The notes: a model not told the origin generated them from the letters alone. Positions 1 through 8,227 are shown, counted from the stretch's first letter. The stretch is DNA of 16,727 bases from a virus (IMGVR_UViG_3300026549_000335:1-16727); one strand, 5' to 3'. Program-made: numbers and translations.

Positions 1-132
1 GGGGTCGTTTCGAACGTCGAGATTTTTGGTACTTCCCTAGCACTGCGCAGTGGTAAAGTGGTGACGCGTTGCAGTGGTACAGCGTTAGCACGTCAGAGTG
101 GTACCGTGAGCGCACGAAGTTAGTTGTGTCTA
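1..132. repeat. Left inverted terminal repeat (132 bp)
   Basis: The reverse complement of 16596-16727 matches 1-132 at 129/132 positions. Mismatches are at left positions 82, 97 and 111; the outer 81 nt are identical. The repeat starts GGGG. I count 66/120 G+C in the first 120 nt, against an AT-rich interior. Confidence 0.95.
27..122. repeat. Degenerate 24-bp tandem repeat x4 inside the left ITR
   Basis: TGGTAC/TGGTAA starts at 27, 51, 75 and 99, an exact 24-bp spacing. Units 1 and 3 share 16/24 positions, including TAGCAC. Confidence 0.8.
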
Positions 133-134
133 TA

Positions 135-169
135 TAAAAATGGCAAGTACTAAATTAGTACCTGCCATT
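135..169 (-). terminator. Rho-independent terminator of the late operon
   Basis: 13-14 bp stem at 140-152/156-168. Its single A-C mismatch (146/162) becomes G-U in minus-sense RNA. Minus-sense UUUUUAUA follows (plus 131-139). It lies 27 nt downstream of the appendage gene stop. Confidence 0.8.
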
Positions 170-195
170 ATATAATATTTTCTTAAACTTATGCA

Positions 196-1947
196 CTAAT
201 GTAAAGTAAACCACTCATCCCATACACCAGTATTTATATTTTGTGTTCTAAAATAAAAAGTATTGTAAACCCATGCTATTTGCCCACTTACTCTATTTTT
301 TACATGACAGCAGATTAAAAAGAAATAATCTTGTACTGGTGCATTTTTTGTATTGCTACCATATCCATTAATATAGTAACAACCTCCGCTTAGTTGGTTG
401 CAATCTACTTCTAATATTTCACTAGTAGTAAAGCGTTCATTTATAACACTGTTGTAATCAGTATACATTGGGATGTTTGATACTGTATTATAATTAGTAT
501 AGTTATTTTCTAATCTTGTGTTTCCACTTACAACAGTTATTTGATTATACTGAACATTGTTATAATTTACCCATGTACTATTATCTGTTTCACCTCTTTC
601 AAAGCACCTAGTGCTATAAAATTGTATTTGTTTAGTGCCACTGATATTTAATATATATTTTGATATAGCTTCAAACTGAATTAATCCACCATATATATCA
701 GTATAATTACCGCAATCAATAGCATTTTGCTCTCCTTCAATATAAATATTATTATAAGTAAAACCACTTTGATTTATTAAAGATATACCTGTCGGAAAAT
801 TAATAGTAGTTTCGCTATTAGCATAAACTTGCTCAAGAAAACTGTTAATAATAGTATGTGTTTTATAGTCTGTTCCAAACTGTATCCAAATATCGTTGAA
901 ATCAACATTAAAATTAACATTATTTAACATAATACCAATTTCATTATTTGTAAAATTGCACTTAGAAATGTGTGTCCAATAACTTGTTATAATACTCAAT
1001 CCTATAGTGAAGCCTTGGCATATAACATTATCTAATATTGCATTATAGCCATTAAGTAAAATACCACAAAAAGGTCTATTTTTCCCTAATACTTTTATAT
1101 TACTTATTTTACAATTTTTAGTTTGACTGTCATTATTTTTATTGTAATAATCAAGCGCATTATTTTTTAATTCACTTGTTGTAATAGCAGGTTGATTATT
1201 TGTAATTTCTGATAGTATAACTGTTTTTGTGTCATCCCATAATTCACTATTAAAACCGCTAATTGTTTGTCCATTTTTTAAATAAATAGTATTACTAATT
1301 AAATAAGTTCCATTATCTATTATAACGCTATCTCTTTCATTAATGCAATTTTGAATACTATTTGTATCGTCATGTACACCATCACCATATGCACCAAACT
1401 GTCTTACATTATTTGCATTTTTATTTAAAATGGCATAATTACCATTATTTAATTTTTCATAATATTCATTAGGTTGTTCGTTTGTAATATAATATTCACT
1501 TTCACCACCATCATTTATATTGTAATATCCTAATGTTTTAACTTTAGAACCATTTAGTAAATTAGCACTTTTTAGTGCTTCAACATTAATTACAGTATAA
1601 ATCATATAATTAGAAAATAACGATAACAAACTTCCGTCTGTTGCCATTTTGTCAAGTTTGTTATTAATTTCTTCCTGCACATTGAGTGTACTAAAGTAAT
1701 TATTAACATAGCCTTGTAATTCATTATAAGCCTGATTAATGTTATCAACATCAGTACCTAAAGTATTAACATCAGCAATAGTATTATTTAAATAATCTAC
1801 AACTTTGCATAGTAACTCATAATAACTTAAGCTATCATCATACACCAATGGTAACACTTTTTGGCACCAAAACCTAAAACTTTCAACCTTTGCAGGTATC
1901 TCCACACTAGGATTAAAATTTGCAGGGTCTTTCTTTTCAATTCCCAT
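196..1947 (-). CDS. Tail appendage / tailspike-like receptor-binding protein with pectate-lyase-type beta-helix (phi29 gp12 position)
   Basis: 583-aa ORF with RBS GGGAGG upstream of the ATG at 1947. The motif RQFGAYGDGVHDDTNSIQNCIN is typical of pectate-lyase-3 / beta-helix tailspikes. It is the last gene of the late operon, after the collar genes. Confidence 0.75.
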   Translation of the reverse strand: MGIEKKDPANFNPSVEIPAKVESFRFWCQKVLPLVYDDSLSYYELLCKVVDYLNNTIADVNTLGTDVDNINQAYNELQGYVNNYFSTLNVQEEINNKLDKMATDGSLLSLFSNYMIYTVINVEALKSANLLNGSKVKTLGYYNINDGGESEYYITNEQPNEYYEKLNNGNYAILNKNANNVRQFGAYGDGVHDDTNSIQNCINERDSVIIDNGTYLISNTIYLKNGQTISGFNSELWDDTKTVILSEITNNQPAITTSELKNNALDYYNKNNDSQTKNCKISNIKVLGKNRPFCGILLNGYNAILDNVICQGFTIGLSIITSYWTHISKCNFTNNEIGIMLNNVNFNVDFNDIWIQFGTDYKTHTIINSFLEQVYANSETTINFPTGISLINQSGFTYNNIYIEGEQNAIDCGNYTDIYGGLIQFEAISKYILNISGTKQIQFYSTRCFERGETDNSTWVNYNNVQYNQITVVSGNTRLENNYTNYNTVSNIPMYTDYNSVINERFTTSEILEVDCNQLSGGCYYINGYGSNTKNAPVQDYFFLICCHVKNRVSGQIAWVYNTFYFRTQNINTGVWDEWFTLH

Positions 1948-1968
1948 ATCTTTTACCTCCCTTTCCCT

Positions 1969-2778
1969 TTACCATAAAGTAAAGAAACAATCACTACAAT
2001 CCTCAATAATCATCATATCAATATTGAGAAAAGTCTTTCTGAATTTCTTTAATAAACTGCTATAATTTTCTGTTCCCTGTTTACCTCTTACTATCTCAAT
2101 ATATTTATCAGTGCTATTAACATTCTCTGTATTATTTCCTGTGACATTTTCAGTACCATTTCCTGTCCTACTTCCATTACTTGTAACTGTATCAGTGCTA
2201 TTATTAGTTGTAGTATTATCTTCATTTACCTTAGTAACTGTAGTCAAAGGAACGCTATCAGCAATACCTTGTGTGTCCATGCTATTTTGTGGTGTATCAC
2301 TAAACCTATTCAAGGTATCAGTATTACTTGTACCACTAGCACTATTTACATCCTTAGTCTCATTCGTATTTGTCTCTGTATTGCTATTAGTTCTGTTACT
2401 AGTATTACTACCAATCGTATCTCTTGTACCGCTACCCTCTCTACTCCTAGTTAAATCAACATCATAAAAAGGATTGAACTCAAGCAACTCACTTTTATAC
2501 AACTGATTGTAATAAGGCATAATTTCATTTAGCTTAGCATTTAACGCAAGCTTCCACCTGCCTACAGTTTCATGCGCAATCTCCCTCGTATAATAATGCT
2601 TCAATATTTTCCTGCACAAAACCTGCCTATAGTTTTCGTCAAAAATAGGAAAGTCAAAATTAAAAACCTTATTCCAACATCTATCAAGCACACTATCAAC
2701 ATTATCTGCTCCTTCACTCTCTCTCAATCCTGCACTATTTTCACAAATAAATCGCACTTCTGTCGTATACTTACTCAT
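1969..2778 (-). CDS. Lower collar (tail tube) protein, gp11-like, with an S/T/N-rich insert
   Basis: I prefer the ATG at 2778 (MSKYTTEV), which has RBS AAGGTGGTGA. The track start at 2790 is a GTG inside that RBS. An ATGAGTAA overlap links it to the upstream gene. The product call is by position after the connector and by size. Confidence 0.55.
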   Translation of the reverse strand: MSKYTTEVRFICENSAGLRESEGADNVDSVLDRCWNKVFNFDFPIFDENYRQVLCRKILKHYYTREIAHETVGRWKLALNAKLNEIMPYYNQLYKSELLEFNPFYDVDLTRSREGSGTRDTIGSNTSNRTNSNTETNTNETKDVNSASGTSNTDTLNRFSDTPQNSMDTQGIADSVPLTTVTKVNEDNTTTNNSTDTVTSNGSRTGNGTENVTGNNTENVNSTDKYIEIVRGKQGTENYSSLLKKFRKTFLNIDMMIIEDCSDCFFTLW

Positions 2779-3670
2779 TATTCTCACCACCTTTGCCTAC
2801 ATCAGTTTCATTACTCAACTGTGCTTCATCAGCGTCATAAGTATCAAGTACCTGCATATCCTCACGATAGTCAACACTAATGTTAAGTCCAAACATTTCA
2901 TTAATCTGTTCACAAGCCTGCTGTCTCATAAACAATCTTGAATACCTACTAGCAATCGTTCCACCTAAGTTTCTTTGTACTTCATCAGTAATCATTCTTT
3001 CCTTTTTCACAGTATTAACATTACTAATACCTAAGTACGTCAATGCTTCATTCCAATACTGTGTCTTTAATTCATATAACTTATCAGCAACATAAGGACT
3101 TGTAGTATCAAGTGTCTTAATACCACTTAGGTCTAAATTCTTATCACCAAAAATGAATGGTTCATTACCCATATACTGTGCATACAGATTTTTCATTACA
3201 AGTCTCTGATTTTCAGTACAAGTAATAATCTTAGGTGTTTTCTGCTGTATTACATTTACATCAATAGTTCTCTGTATTTCATACAACCTTTTACTCATTT
3301 CCTGCACATCAAGTATACTGTTAGTGTGTAGCATATTATTAAAAATAATAACACTGTTGCTAGGGTCAAGTTTCATTTGATAACCATTTTGTGCAAAGGC
3401 TGTTCGAGTAATAGGTATTCTGTAAACATCAAGTTTACCACCTATCATAACTTGCAGTCCTAAATAACCCATGACTTCATCTTTAAAAAATACTGTCATT
3501 CCGTCATTGAAAAGTGCTAGTTCTAAAAACCTTGCGTCAATAGTATCAGGCAAGTTTTTCCATTCAAACATTGAAATGCTTAATTCTGTCAACCTATTAA
3601 CATACTGTAGATATGTTCTCTGATTTTGCAGAAATGCTTCTGACTGTGCTTTTCTCCCTCTTCTACTCAT
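2771..3670 (-). CDS. Head-tail connector / portal (upper collar), gp10-like
   Basis: 299 aa (phi29 gp10 is about 309 aa) with RBS AAGAGGTGA. It sits between the tail-knob and lower-collar genes, as in phi29. Confidence 0.65.
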   Translation of the reverse strand: MSRRGRKAQSEAFLQNQRTYLQYVNRLTELSISMFEWKNLPDTIDARFLELALFNDGMTVFFKDEVMGYLGLQVMIGGKLDVYRIPITRTAFAQNGYQMKLDPSNSVIIFNNMLHTNSILDVQEMSKRLYEIQRTIDVNVIQQKTPKIITCTENQRLVMKNLYAQYMGNEPFIFGDKNLDLSGIKTLDTTSPYVADKLYELKTQYWNEALTYLGISNVNTVKKERMITDEVQRNLGGTIASRYSRLFMRQQACEQINEMFGLNISVDYREDMQVLDTYDADEAQLSNETDVGKGGENNE

Positions 3671-3685
3671 TATCTCACCTCTTTT

Positions 3686-5206
3686 CTAACTAGGACTGTT
3701 ATCTAATGAATAGTTACCAATTTCACTAGCGTTTTTCCAAAATGTAATACCATTGTTAAATATATTTTTTATTTCAGTTATATCGTTATTGTTACATTTA
3801 TTTCCTATTATACAACAATTCTGTGTTTTTGTATAGTTCCAATGTGGTCTACTCTTTATGTTTGGTACTTTTACTCTTTTAGTAGCATACCCATATTTAT
3901 CAAAATATTCATCAATAATATGAGCATATTGTGGAGTTACTTGCATTTGTTTAAAATAAAAATCCTTGTTTCGTGTAGCAACATCAATTGAACCACTATT
4001 ATTGCCCCTTGTTTGTGGTGGTTTACTGTATGCTAACATAGCGTCTATACCATTTTCAACTAATCCTGTTGCTCCACTTAATGATAACTCTGGATTAAAA
4101 CTACTCATTCCTGCAACAACTGTACCAGTGTTAAGTAAAGCTGACATTGTTAATTTACTAGCTGATTGTGCTAACCATGCTTTATATGCGTCAACAGTCC
4201 ATGCTACTTGTGGGAAATCACTCATAACTAATTTTTCAGAATAATTACCTTCATCAGCATTAGTACCATTATAACCCATAGGAACTAACGCTATTTGCGG
4301 ATTACCTACAACACTCCCGTATAAAGCAAAATCGCAAGTATTTTTTATAAACCATTCATACCTATATATTGCAGAATTATCACAACAGTCTACTGCTAAA
4401 TAGTTAAAAGGATATGTTAATAATTTTTTATTTTTTGGTGTATATCCACCTATTGTAGTGTTCTTTGCTACTGAATTTACTTGCACACTTGGCTGTGTAG
4501 TTGTTGTATAAAAATCACTTGGCATTAAAAAAATATTAACAATGCTATCTTGTTTGTTAGCTTGTGTGGCTGTGTCTAAATAAGTTAATAATGCTTGTAC
4601 TTGCTCATTATTATCAACTCTTCCTGCTATATAATCTACACCACTAAATAGTCCACCTTGATAACCACCAGTTTTTGTTCCCTCTTCTGCAAAGGTTGTT
4701 GCTATTACTGCACTATAGCTATCAAAATGTCCGCTTTTACTTATAGCATTACAAACTATCGGTCCTGTATCAATATTTTCTGATACAATATTGCTACCTG
4801 CATAATCTATACTGCTATGCTCTCTTTCAACAAAACACTCTTTAAGAGTACAGTCAAACAGAAACCATGTTTGCATGACATCAATAGTAAAATATACATT
4901 ACTGACTTTATCATTTATATATTCGATATTAGTAATAAAAGCATAAAACCATTTACTGCCATAGTTAGTATTTTGAAACATCATATAGTTGCAGTCATAA
5001 ATGCTCTCTGCATTAGCACTCATTCTTACAACTCCCTGTTGTCCATTAATTCTCTGAAAACTAGCTTTGTCCATAGTCTTACTAACTTTACTATCAAAAT
5101 AACTTTTCTGCGCACTTCTACTTTCAAAGTAAATAGTATCTTTATAACTGCTATCTATCGGCACACCACTACACAATTTGATAACACTATTAGGTTGTAT
5201 CTGCAT
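3686..5206 (-). CDS. Tail knob protein, gp9-like
   Basis: I prefer the ATG at 5206 (MQIQPNS), which has RBS AAGGTGGTGA. The track start at 5239 is a TTG with no RBS. The N-terminal block NYGSKWFYAFITNIEYINDKV...IDVMQTWF resembles the gp9 family N-terminus. It lies directly after the capsid gene. Confidence 0.65.
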   Translation of the reverse strand: MQIQPNSVIKLCSGVPIDSSYKDTIYFESRSAQKSYFDSKVSKTMDKASFQRINGQQGVVRMSANAESIYDCNYMMFQNTNYGSKWFYAFITNIEYINDKVSNVYFTIDVMQTWFLFDCTLKECFVEREHSSIDYAGSNIVSENIDTGPIVCNAISKSGHFDSYSAVIATTFAEEGTKTGGYQGGLFSGVDYIAGRVDNNEQVQALLTYLDTATQANKQDSIVNIFLMPSDFYTTTTQPSVQVNSVAKNTTIGGYTPKNKKLLTYPFNYLAVDCCDNSAIYRYEWFIKNTCDFALYGSVVGNPQIALVPMGYNGTNADEGNYSEKLVMSDFPQVAWTVDAYKAWLAQSASKLTMSALLNTGTVVAGMSSFNPELSLSGATGLVENGIDAMLAYSKPPQTRGNNSGSIDVATRNKDFYFKQMQVTPQYAHIIDEYFDKYGYATKRVKVPNIKSRPHWNYTKTQNCCIIGNKCNNNDITEIKNIFNNGITFWKNASEIGNYSLDNSPS

Positions 5207-5227
5207 ATCTTCACCACCTTTACAATA

Positions 5228-5253
5228 GCAGGAAAGCAATTATGCTCTCCTGC
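5228..5253 (-). other. Stem-loop immediately after the capsid gene (attenuator or mRNA-stability element)
   Basis: GCAGGA-a-AGCA atta TGCT-c-TCCTGC. The a/c pair (5234/5247) is G-U in minus-sense RNA, giving an uninterrupted 11-bp stem. No strong U-tract follows. Confidence 0.5.
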
Positions 5254-5263
5254 CATAATCATA

Positions 5264-6631
5264 TCACGCAACTGTAATAGTTGCAGTACCAAACTTTGTA
5301 CTATCAAACGTGCTAGTTGCCTTAACTGTAATAGTTCCTGTCTTAGCGTCACTATTAATCTTAAGCATACCTGTACTTGAGATACTAGCATTATCACCAC
5401 CCGTAGCAATACTCCATATAACACTCTGTGGTGCATAATTATCAGTATCAACAGTAACACTCAACTGTATCTGTCCACCTGCACTAACTGTAGCTTCACT
5501 AGGTGTAACTGTAACTGTCTTTACAGCAGGTGTACCTGCAACGAATACAGCATTGTTAGAGAATGGAGATACACTAAATGTTTTCCATACATGATACCAA
5601 TAGTTCCAATACAGTCCCTCACCATTGTACTGCTCTGTAAAGTTCTGATAGTTGTCAAAAATCATAAACCAGTCACTATCTACTAAAACGCAAGGAATAG
5701 CGTCAAGTGCTTCAAGTTCTGCCTGTCCTATCTCTGTATAAGTCGGGTCATCTGCAAAGAGAATATTTAATCTCTCAATGTCTAAATCACCAAAGCTATC
5801 TACAAGTACATGGTGTCCGTCAAATTCTGCTTTGTCCATGTTAAAAGCACTTGCAAGTACTTCAACATTCATAGTAGCGTCAAACTGTGAATTAACTAAC
5901 AAATACTGTTCCTGCTTAGGTGTATGGTTCATAACTCCTGCAAGGTTATTCTTTGAGTTAAGGAAAGTAAACTTATTTGATACTCCCTTGATAGTACTAA
6001 CAATACTATTCATGTTTGCTGTGTTAATAGCAGGAATGGTAACAGGGTTCATCAGTCCATTTAATATATGTTTTGCAAGCATATACTTCATAGTCTGAAA
6101 CTCGTCATAGTTAGCACCTGTATACATAGCGTCTACAATCTTAGCAATTAAATCTGTAATGCCGTCAATAGACAGAAAAGCCTGTCTTAACTGGTCATTT
6201 GAGATTGTAGCTTTGTAGTACTTCTGATAGTTCATAATATGAAATGCACTGCGCACGTCAGGAATTTCACGTTTGAACACATTTGATTCTGCAACCTGCG
6301 GGTCAAACTGAAACGGTTTTGCAATATTAACAAATACTTCCTCAATAGACTCACCAAATTCGAGCATACCTTTTTTAAACATAGCCCAAGGATTGTCGTA
6401 TGATTTACTTGTTAAAATTACTCTGCCTATTCTGTTTACGAGTGCTGATAAAAACTCATTCTGTAAAGCAGGGTAGTCCATAATTACCGCACCGATTTCT
6501 CTGATTGAGTCAGAGTCTGCTGTAGCCTGTGGTACATAATCTTTGTAATTTGTACTTGCATTGTTTCTTATAGCATTTAAGATATCAACGCTTGAATTAG
6601 TAAGTGTCTTAATTTTTGGTTTTGTAGCCAT
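5264..6631 (-). CDS. Major capsid protein with C-terminal Ig-like (Big_2-type) domain
   Basis: 455 aa with RBS GAGAGGG. The C-terminal ~85 aa (VTVTPSEATVSAGGQIQLSVTV...TITVKATSTFDSTKFGTATITV) has the bacterial Ig-like group 2 pattern, as phi29 gp8 does. It follows the scaffold gene. Confidence 0.8.
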   Translation of the reverse strand: MATKPKIKTLTNSSVDILNAIRNNASTNYKDYVPQATADSDSIREIGAVIMDYPALQNEFLSALVNRIGRVILTSKSYDNPWAMFKKGMLEFGESIEEVFVNIAKPFQFDPQVAESNVFKREIPDVRSAFHIMNYQKYYKATISNDQLRQAFLSIDGITDLIAKIVDAMYTGANYDEFQTMKYMLAKHILNGLMNPVTIPAINTANMNSIVSTIKGVSNKFTFLNSKNNLAGVMNHTPKQEQYLLVNSQFDATMNVEVLASAFNMDKAEFDGHHVLVDSFGDLDIERLNILFADDPTYTEIGQAELEALDAIPCVLVDSDWFMIFDNYQNFTEQYNGEGLYWNYWYHVWKTFSVSPFSNNAVFVAGTPAVKTVTVTPSEATVSAGGQIQLSVTVDTDNYAPQSVIWSIATGGDNASISSTGMLKINSDAKTGTITVKATSTFDSTKFGTATITVA

Positions 6632-6636
6632 AATTC

Positions 6637-6957
6637 TTAGCCCTCTCTTTCTTGAAATAAATCATCAAAGGAAATTTCCTTACCATCATCAGTAATATCT
6701 TCCTTCTGTTCCTTAATTACTGTTGCAGGGTCTGTGCCTGCACTGCCTTCAAAAAATCGTGCTTTATATTTTTCTCTCCACTCATTGTCATTCTGCTCAT
6801 ATTTTGCTTTCCAATCAGTGGTATCTTTTGCACGTGTTTCAAGGTCATTGAATGTATCAGTAAAATTCTCAATCATAGCAAGTGTATTATCATCAGCGTT
6901 ATCGCCTGCTAATCCTCTTACTGTATTCATAAATTCATCATGTGAAAGTACTGCCAT
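6637..6957 (-). CDS. Scaffolding protein (gp7-like, small and acidic)
   Basis: I prefer the ATG at 6957 (MAVLSHDEF), which has RBS AAGAGGTGA. The track start at 7005 is a TTG overlapping the previous gene. The protein is about 106 aa, highly charged and helical-looking, and lies directly upstream of the capsid gene. Confidence 0.55.
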   Translation of the reverse strand: MAVLSHDEFMNTVRGLAGDNADDNTLAMIENFTDTFNDLETRAKDTTDWKAKYEQNDNEWREKYKARFFEGSAGTDPATVIKEQKEDITDDGKEISFDDLFQEREG

Positions 6958-6977
6958 TTTTCTCACCTCTTTTCTAT

Positions 6978-7565
6978 TTAAAATAATGGCCTGCACATCA
7001 TCCAAACCGGCATAGCTTTTCGCTTAGTTGGTGTGGGCGGTGTGGGTGGTGTGGGTGGTGTGGGTGGTGTAACTCCAGTTAGGTATTCATACCAGTTACT
7101 AGCATATGTTAATCTCTTGGTTAATGCTGTAACTCCTGCTCGTTCTCTTTCATATAAATAAGCTTTGCAGGCTTCTGCAACATCAGTTAATTTTGAAAAC
7201 TCTGCACCAGTATAACCATATCCCAGTGACGGCTTAGGTATCCATTGTCCACCATATCCGTTTATTATTTCATCCCACATTAACTGTGTTTGTATTTCAC
7301 CAGTAGCCCAGTCAGAACCTTGTGCGCTTGCATAGTCTGTTAAATTGGTGTGTGGTGTCCACTGTATTAGGCCCCATCCGTCACCGCCTTTTTCTTTACA
7401 ACCAGGGTTTATTTGTGATTCTTGTTGTAAATTTCCTAGCATACCTGAAATGCTCTCAATGGTAAAACCTTTACTATTGAAATAACCATAAAATTCAGTA
7501 GCATTATTTTCAAGTTCTGTTTGTGTCAAACCAGGGTCTAAACCTATTTTAACTATCCATGCCAT
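6978..7565 (-). CDS. Tail-associated lysozyme-like peptidoglycan hydrolase (gp13 N-terminal-domain type) with C-terminal PT repeat
   Basis: The motif GMLGNLQQESQINPG...GDGWGLIQWTP matches the phage tail lysozyme signature. A (TPP)n linker sits at the C-terminus. The start overlaps the endolysin stop (TAATG). Confidence 0.7.
   Translation of the reverse strand: MAWIVKIGLDPGLTQTELENNATEFYGYFNSKGFTIESISGMLGNLQQESQINPGCKEKGGDGWGLIQWTPHTNLTDYASAQGSDWATGEIQTQLMWDEIINGYGGQWIPKPSLGYGYTGAEFSKLTDVAEACKAYLYERERAGVTALTKRLTYASNWYEYLTGVTPPTPPTPPTPPTPTKRKAMPVWMMCRPLF
7030..7070. repeat. 9-bp tandem repeat GGTGTGGGY, about 4.5 copies (encodes TPPTPPTPPTPPTP)
   Basis: Direct reading of 7030-7070. Confidence 0.9.
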
Positions 7566-8227
7566 TATCTTATACCTAAACTAAAAAGTTTATTCCATGT
7601 ATTTTTACCACATACTCCGTCAACAGTCAATCCATAATTTGTCTGAAAATTCTTACAAGCCCTTACACATCCTGCGCCATATTTTGTATCAATGTTACCA
7701 CTGTAATAACCTAACTTTGTCATAAGTATTTCAAATACTGTTACGTCAATATTTGATACTTCACTCTTTAATAAATTCATAGTATAGCCTGCACTTCCTT
7801 TATCACCATTATAACGTAAATGATAATTCCAACCATAACTAGGTGTGTAATATTTTCTTATGCAAATTTCTTTTCCTGTTTGGTCTCCTGCTTTGCTTCC
7901 TTTTGTAGTTCCGTTTTCGTCAATGCTTGCATGAACTATATGTTCACTATCTGTTGAAACACAAACATGATGTCCTACTGCTAAATGAATATCACCTTTT
8001 TGAAAAGGTCTGTTACATGAAGCAAAGCCACAGTGTTTTAACTGTTCGTACAAGTTTCGAGTTGTACTATTTACATTTACATTAAATCCTGCTTTAGCAA
8101 GTGCGTGTCCAACTAATGAACTACAATCAAAGTCAGGATTTCCACCTCTGTTAATCTGTGAATAACCATGTGAATTGTCATTTGCTATTGCAATCATATA
8201 ATCTGTGTAAGTGTCAACTTTACTCAT
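7565..8227 (-). CDS. Endolysin: N-terminal cysteine peptidase/amidase (NlpC/P60 or Amidase_5-like) plus C-terminal PG_binding_1 domain
   Basis: I prefer the ATG at 8227 (MSKVDTY), which overlaps the holin stop as ATGAGTAA. Catalytic-Cys context GYSQINRGGNPDFDCSSLVGHAL, with downstream HH/H residues. The C-terminus LGYYSGNIDTKYGAGCVRACKNFQTNYGLTVDGVCGKNTWNKL fits the PG-binding repeat. Confidence 0.75.
   Translation of the reverse strand: MSKVDTYTDYMIAIANDNSHGYSQINRGGNPDFDCSSLVGHALAKAGFNVNVNSTTRNLYEQLKHCGFASCNRPFQKGDIHLAVGHHVCVSTDSEHIVHASIDENGTTKGSKAGDQTGKEICIRKYYTPSYGWNYHLRYNGDKGSAGYTMNLLKSEVSNIDVTVFEILMTKLGYYSGNIDTKYGAGCVRACKNFQTNYGLTVDGVCGKNTWNKLFSLGIR

Noticed and set aside
28-36. GGTACTTCC in the ITR is identical to a 9-mer near the 5' end of phi29 pRNA as I recall it, suggesting the ITR might encode a pRNA
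   Set aside because: A single 9-mer match between a ~120-nt query and ~33 kb of two-strand sequence is expected by chance several times over. No extended similarity or pRNA-like fold was apparent.
41-52. Perfect 12-bp palindrome CACTGCGCAGTG, plus ACGCGT (64-69) and GGTACC (100-105), in the ITR
   Set aside because: They are probably by-products of the GC-rich 24-bp repeat units. As hairpins the loops would be too small, and I have no evidence for a separate function.
2111-2467. Plus-strand ORFs 2111-2467 and 2269-2454, with hydrophobic L/V/S/F-rich products
   Set aside because: They are antisense shadows of the low-complexity S/T/N region of the lower collar gene. Neither has an RBS, and they overlap a well-supported minus-strand CDS.
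2572-6098. Plus-strand ORFs 2572-2880, 2880-3095, 3966-4244, 4817-5380 and 5778-6098, and minus-strand ORF 5155-5460
   Set aside because: All lie entirely inside, or out of frame with, strongly supported late structural genes. They have odd composition and no RBS, and they arise from AT-rich antisense frames that are poor in stop codons.
6734-7015. Plus-strand ORF 6734-7015
   Set aside because: It is antisense to the scaffold gene, with no RBS and a low-complexity S/F/L product.
6978-7070. Possible -1 frameshift in or after the PT repeat, fusing the lysozyme-like protein to the scaffold frame
   Set aside because: The scaffold frame carries a stop at 7024-7026, immediately after the repeat, so a shift within the repeat terminates at once. 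I saw no X-XXY-YYZ slippery heptamer between 7023 and 6978.
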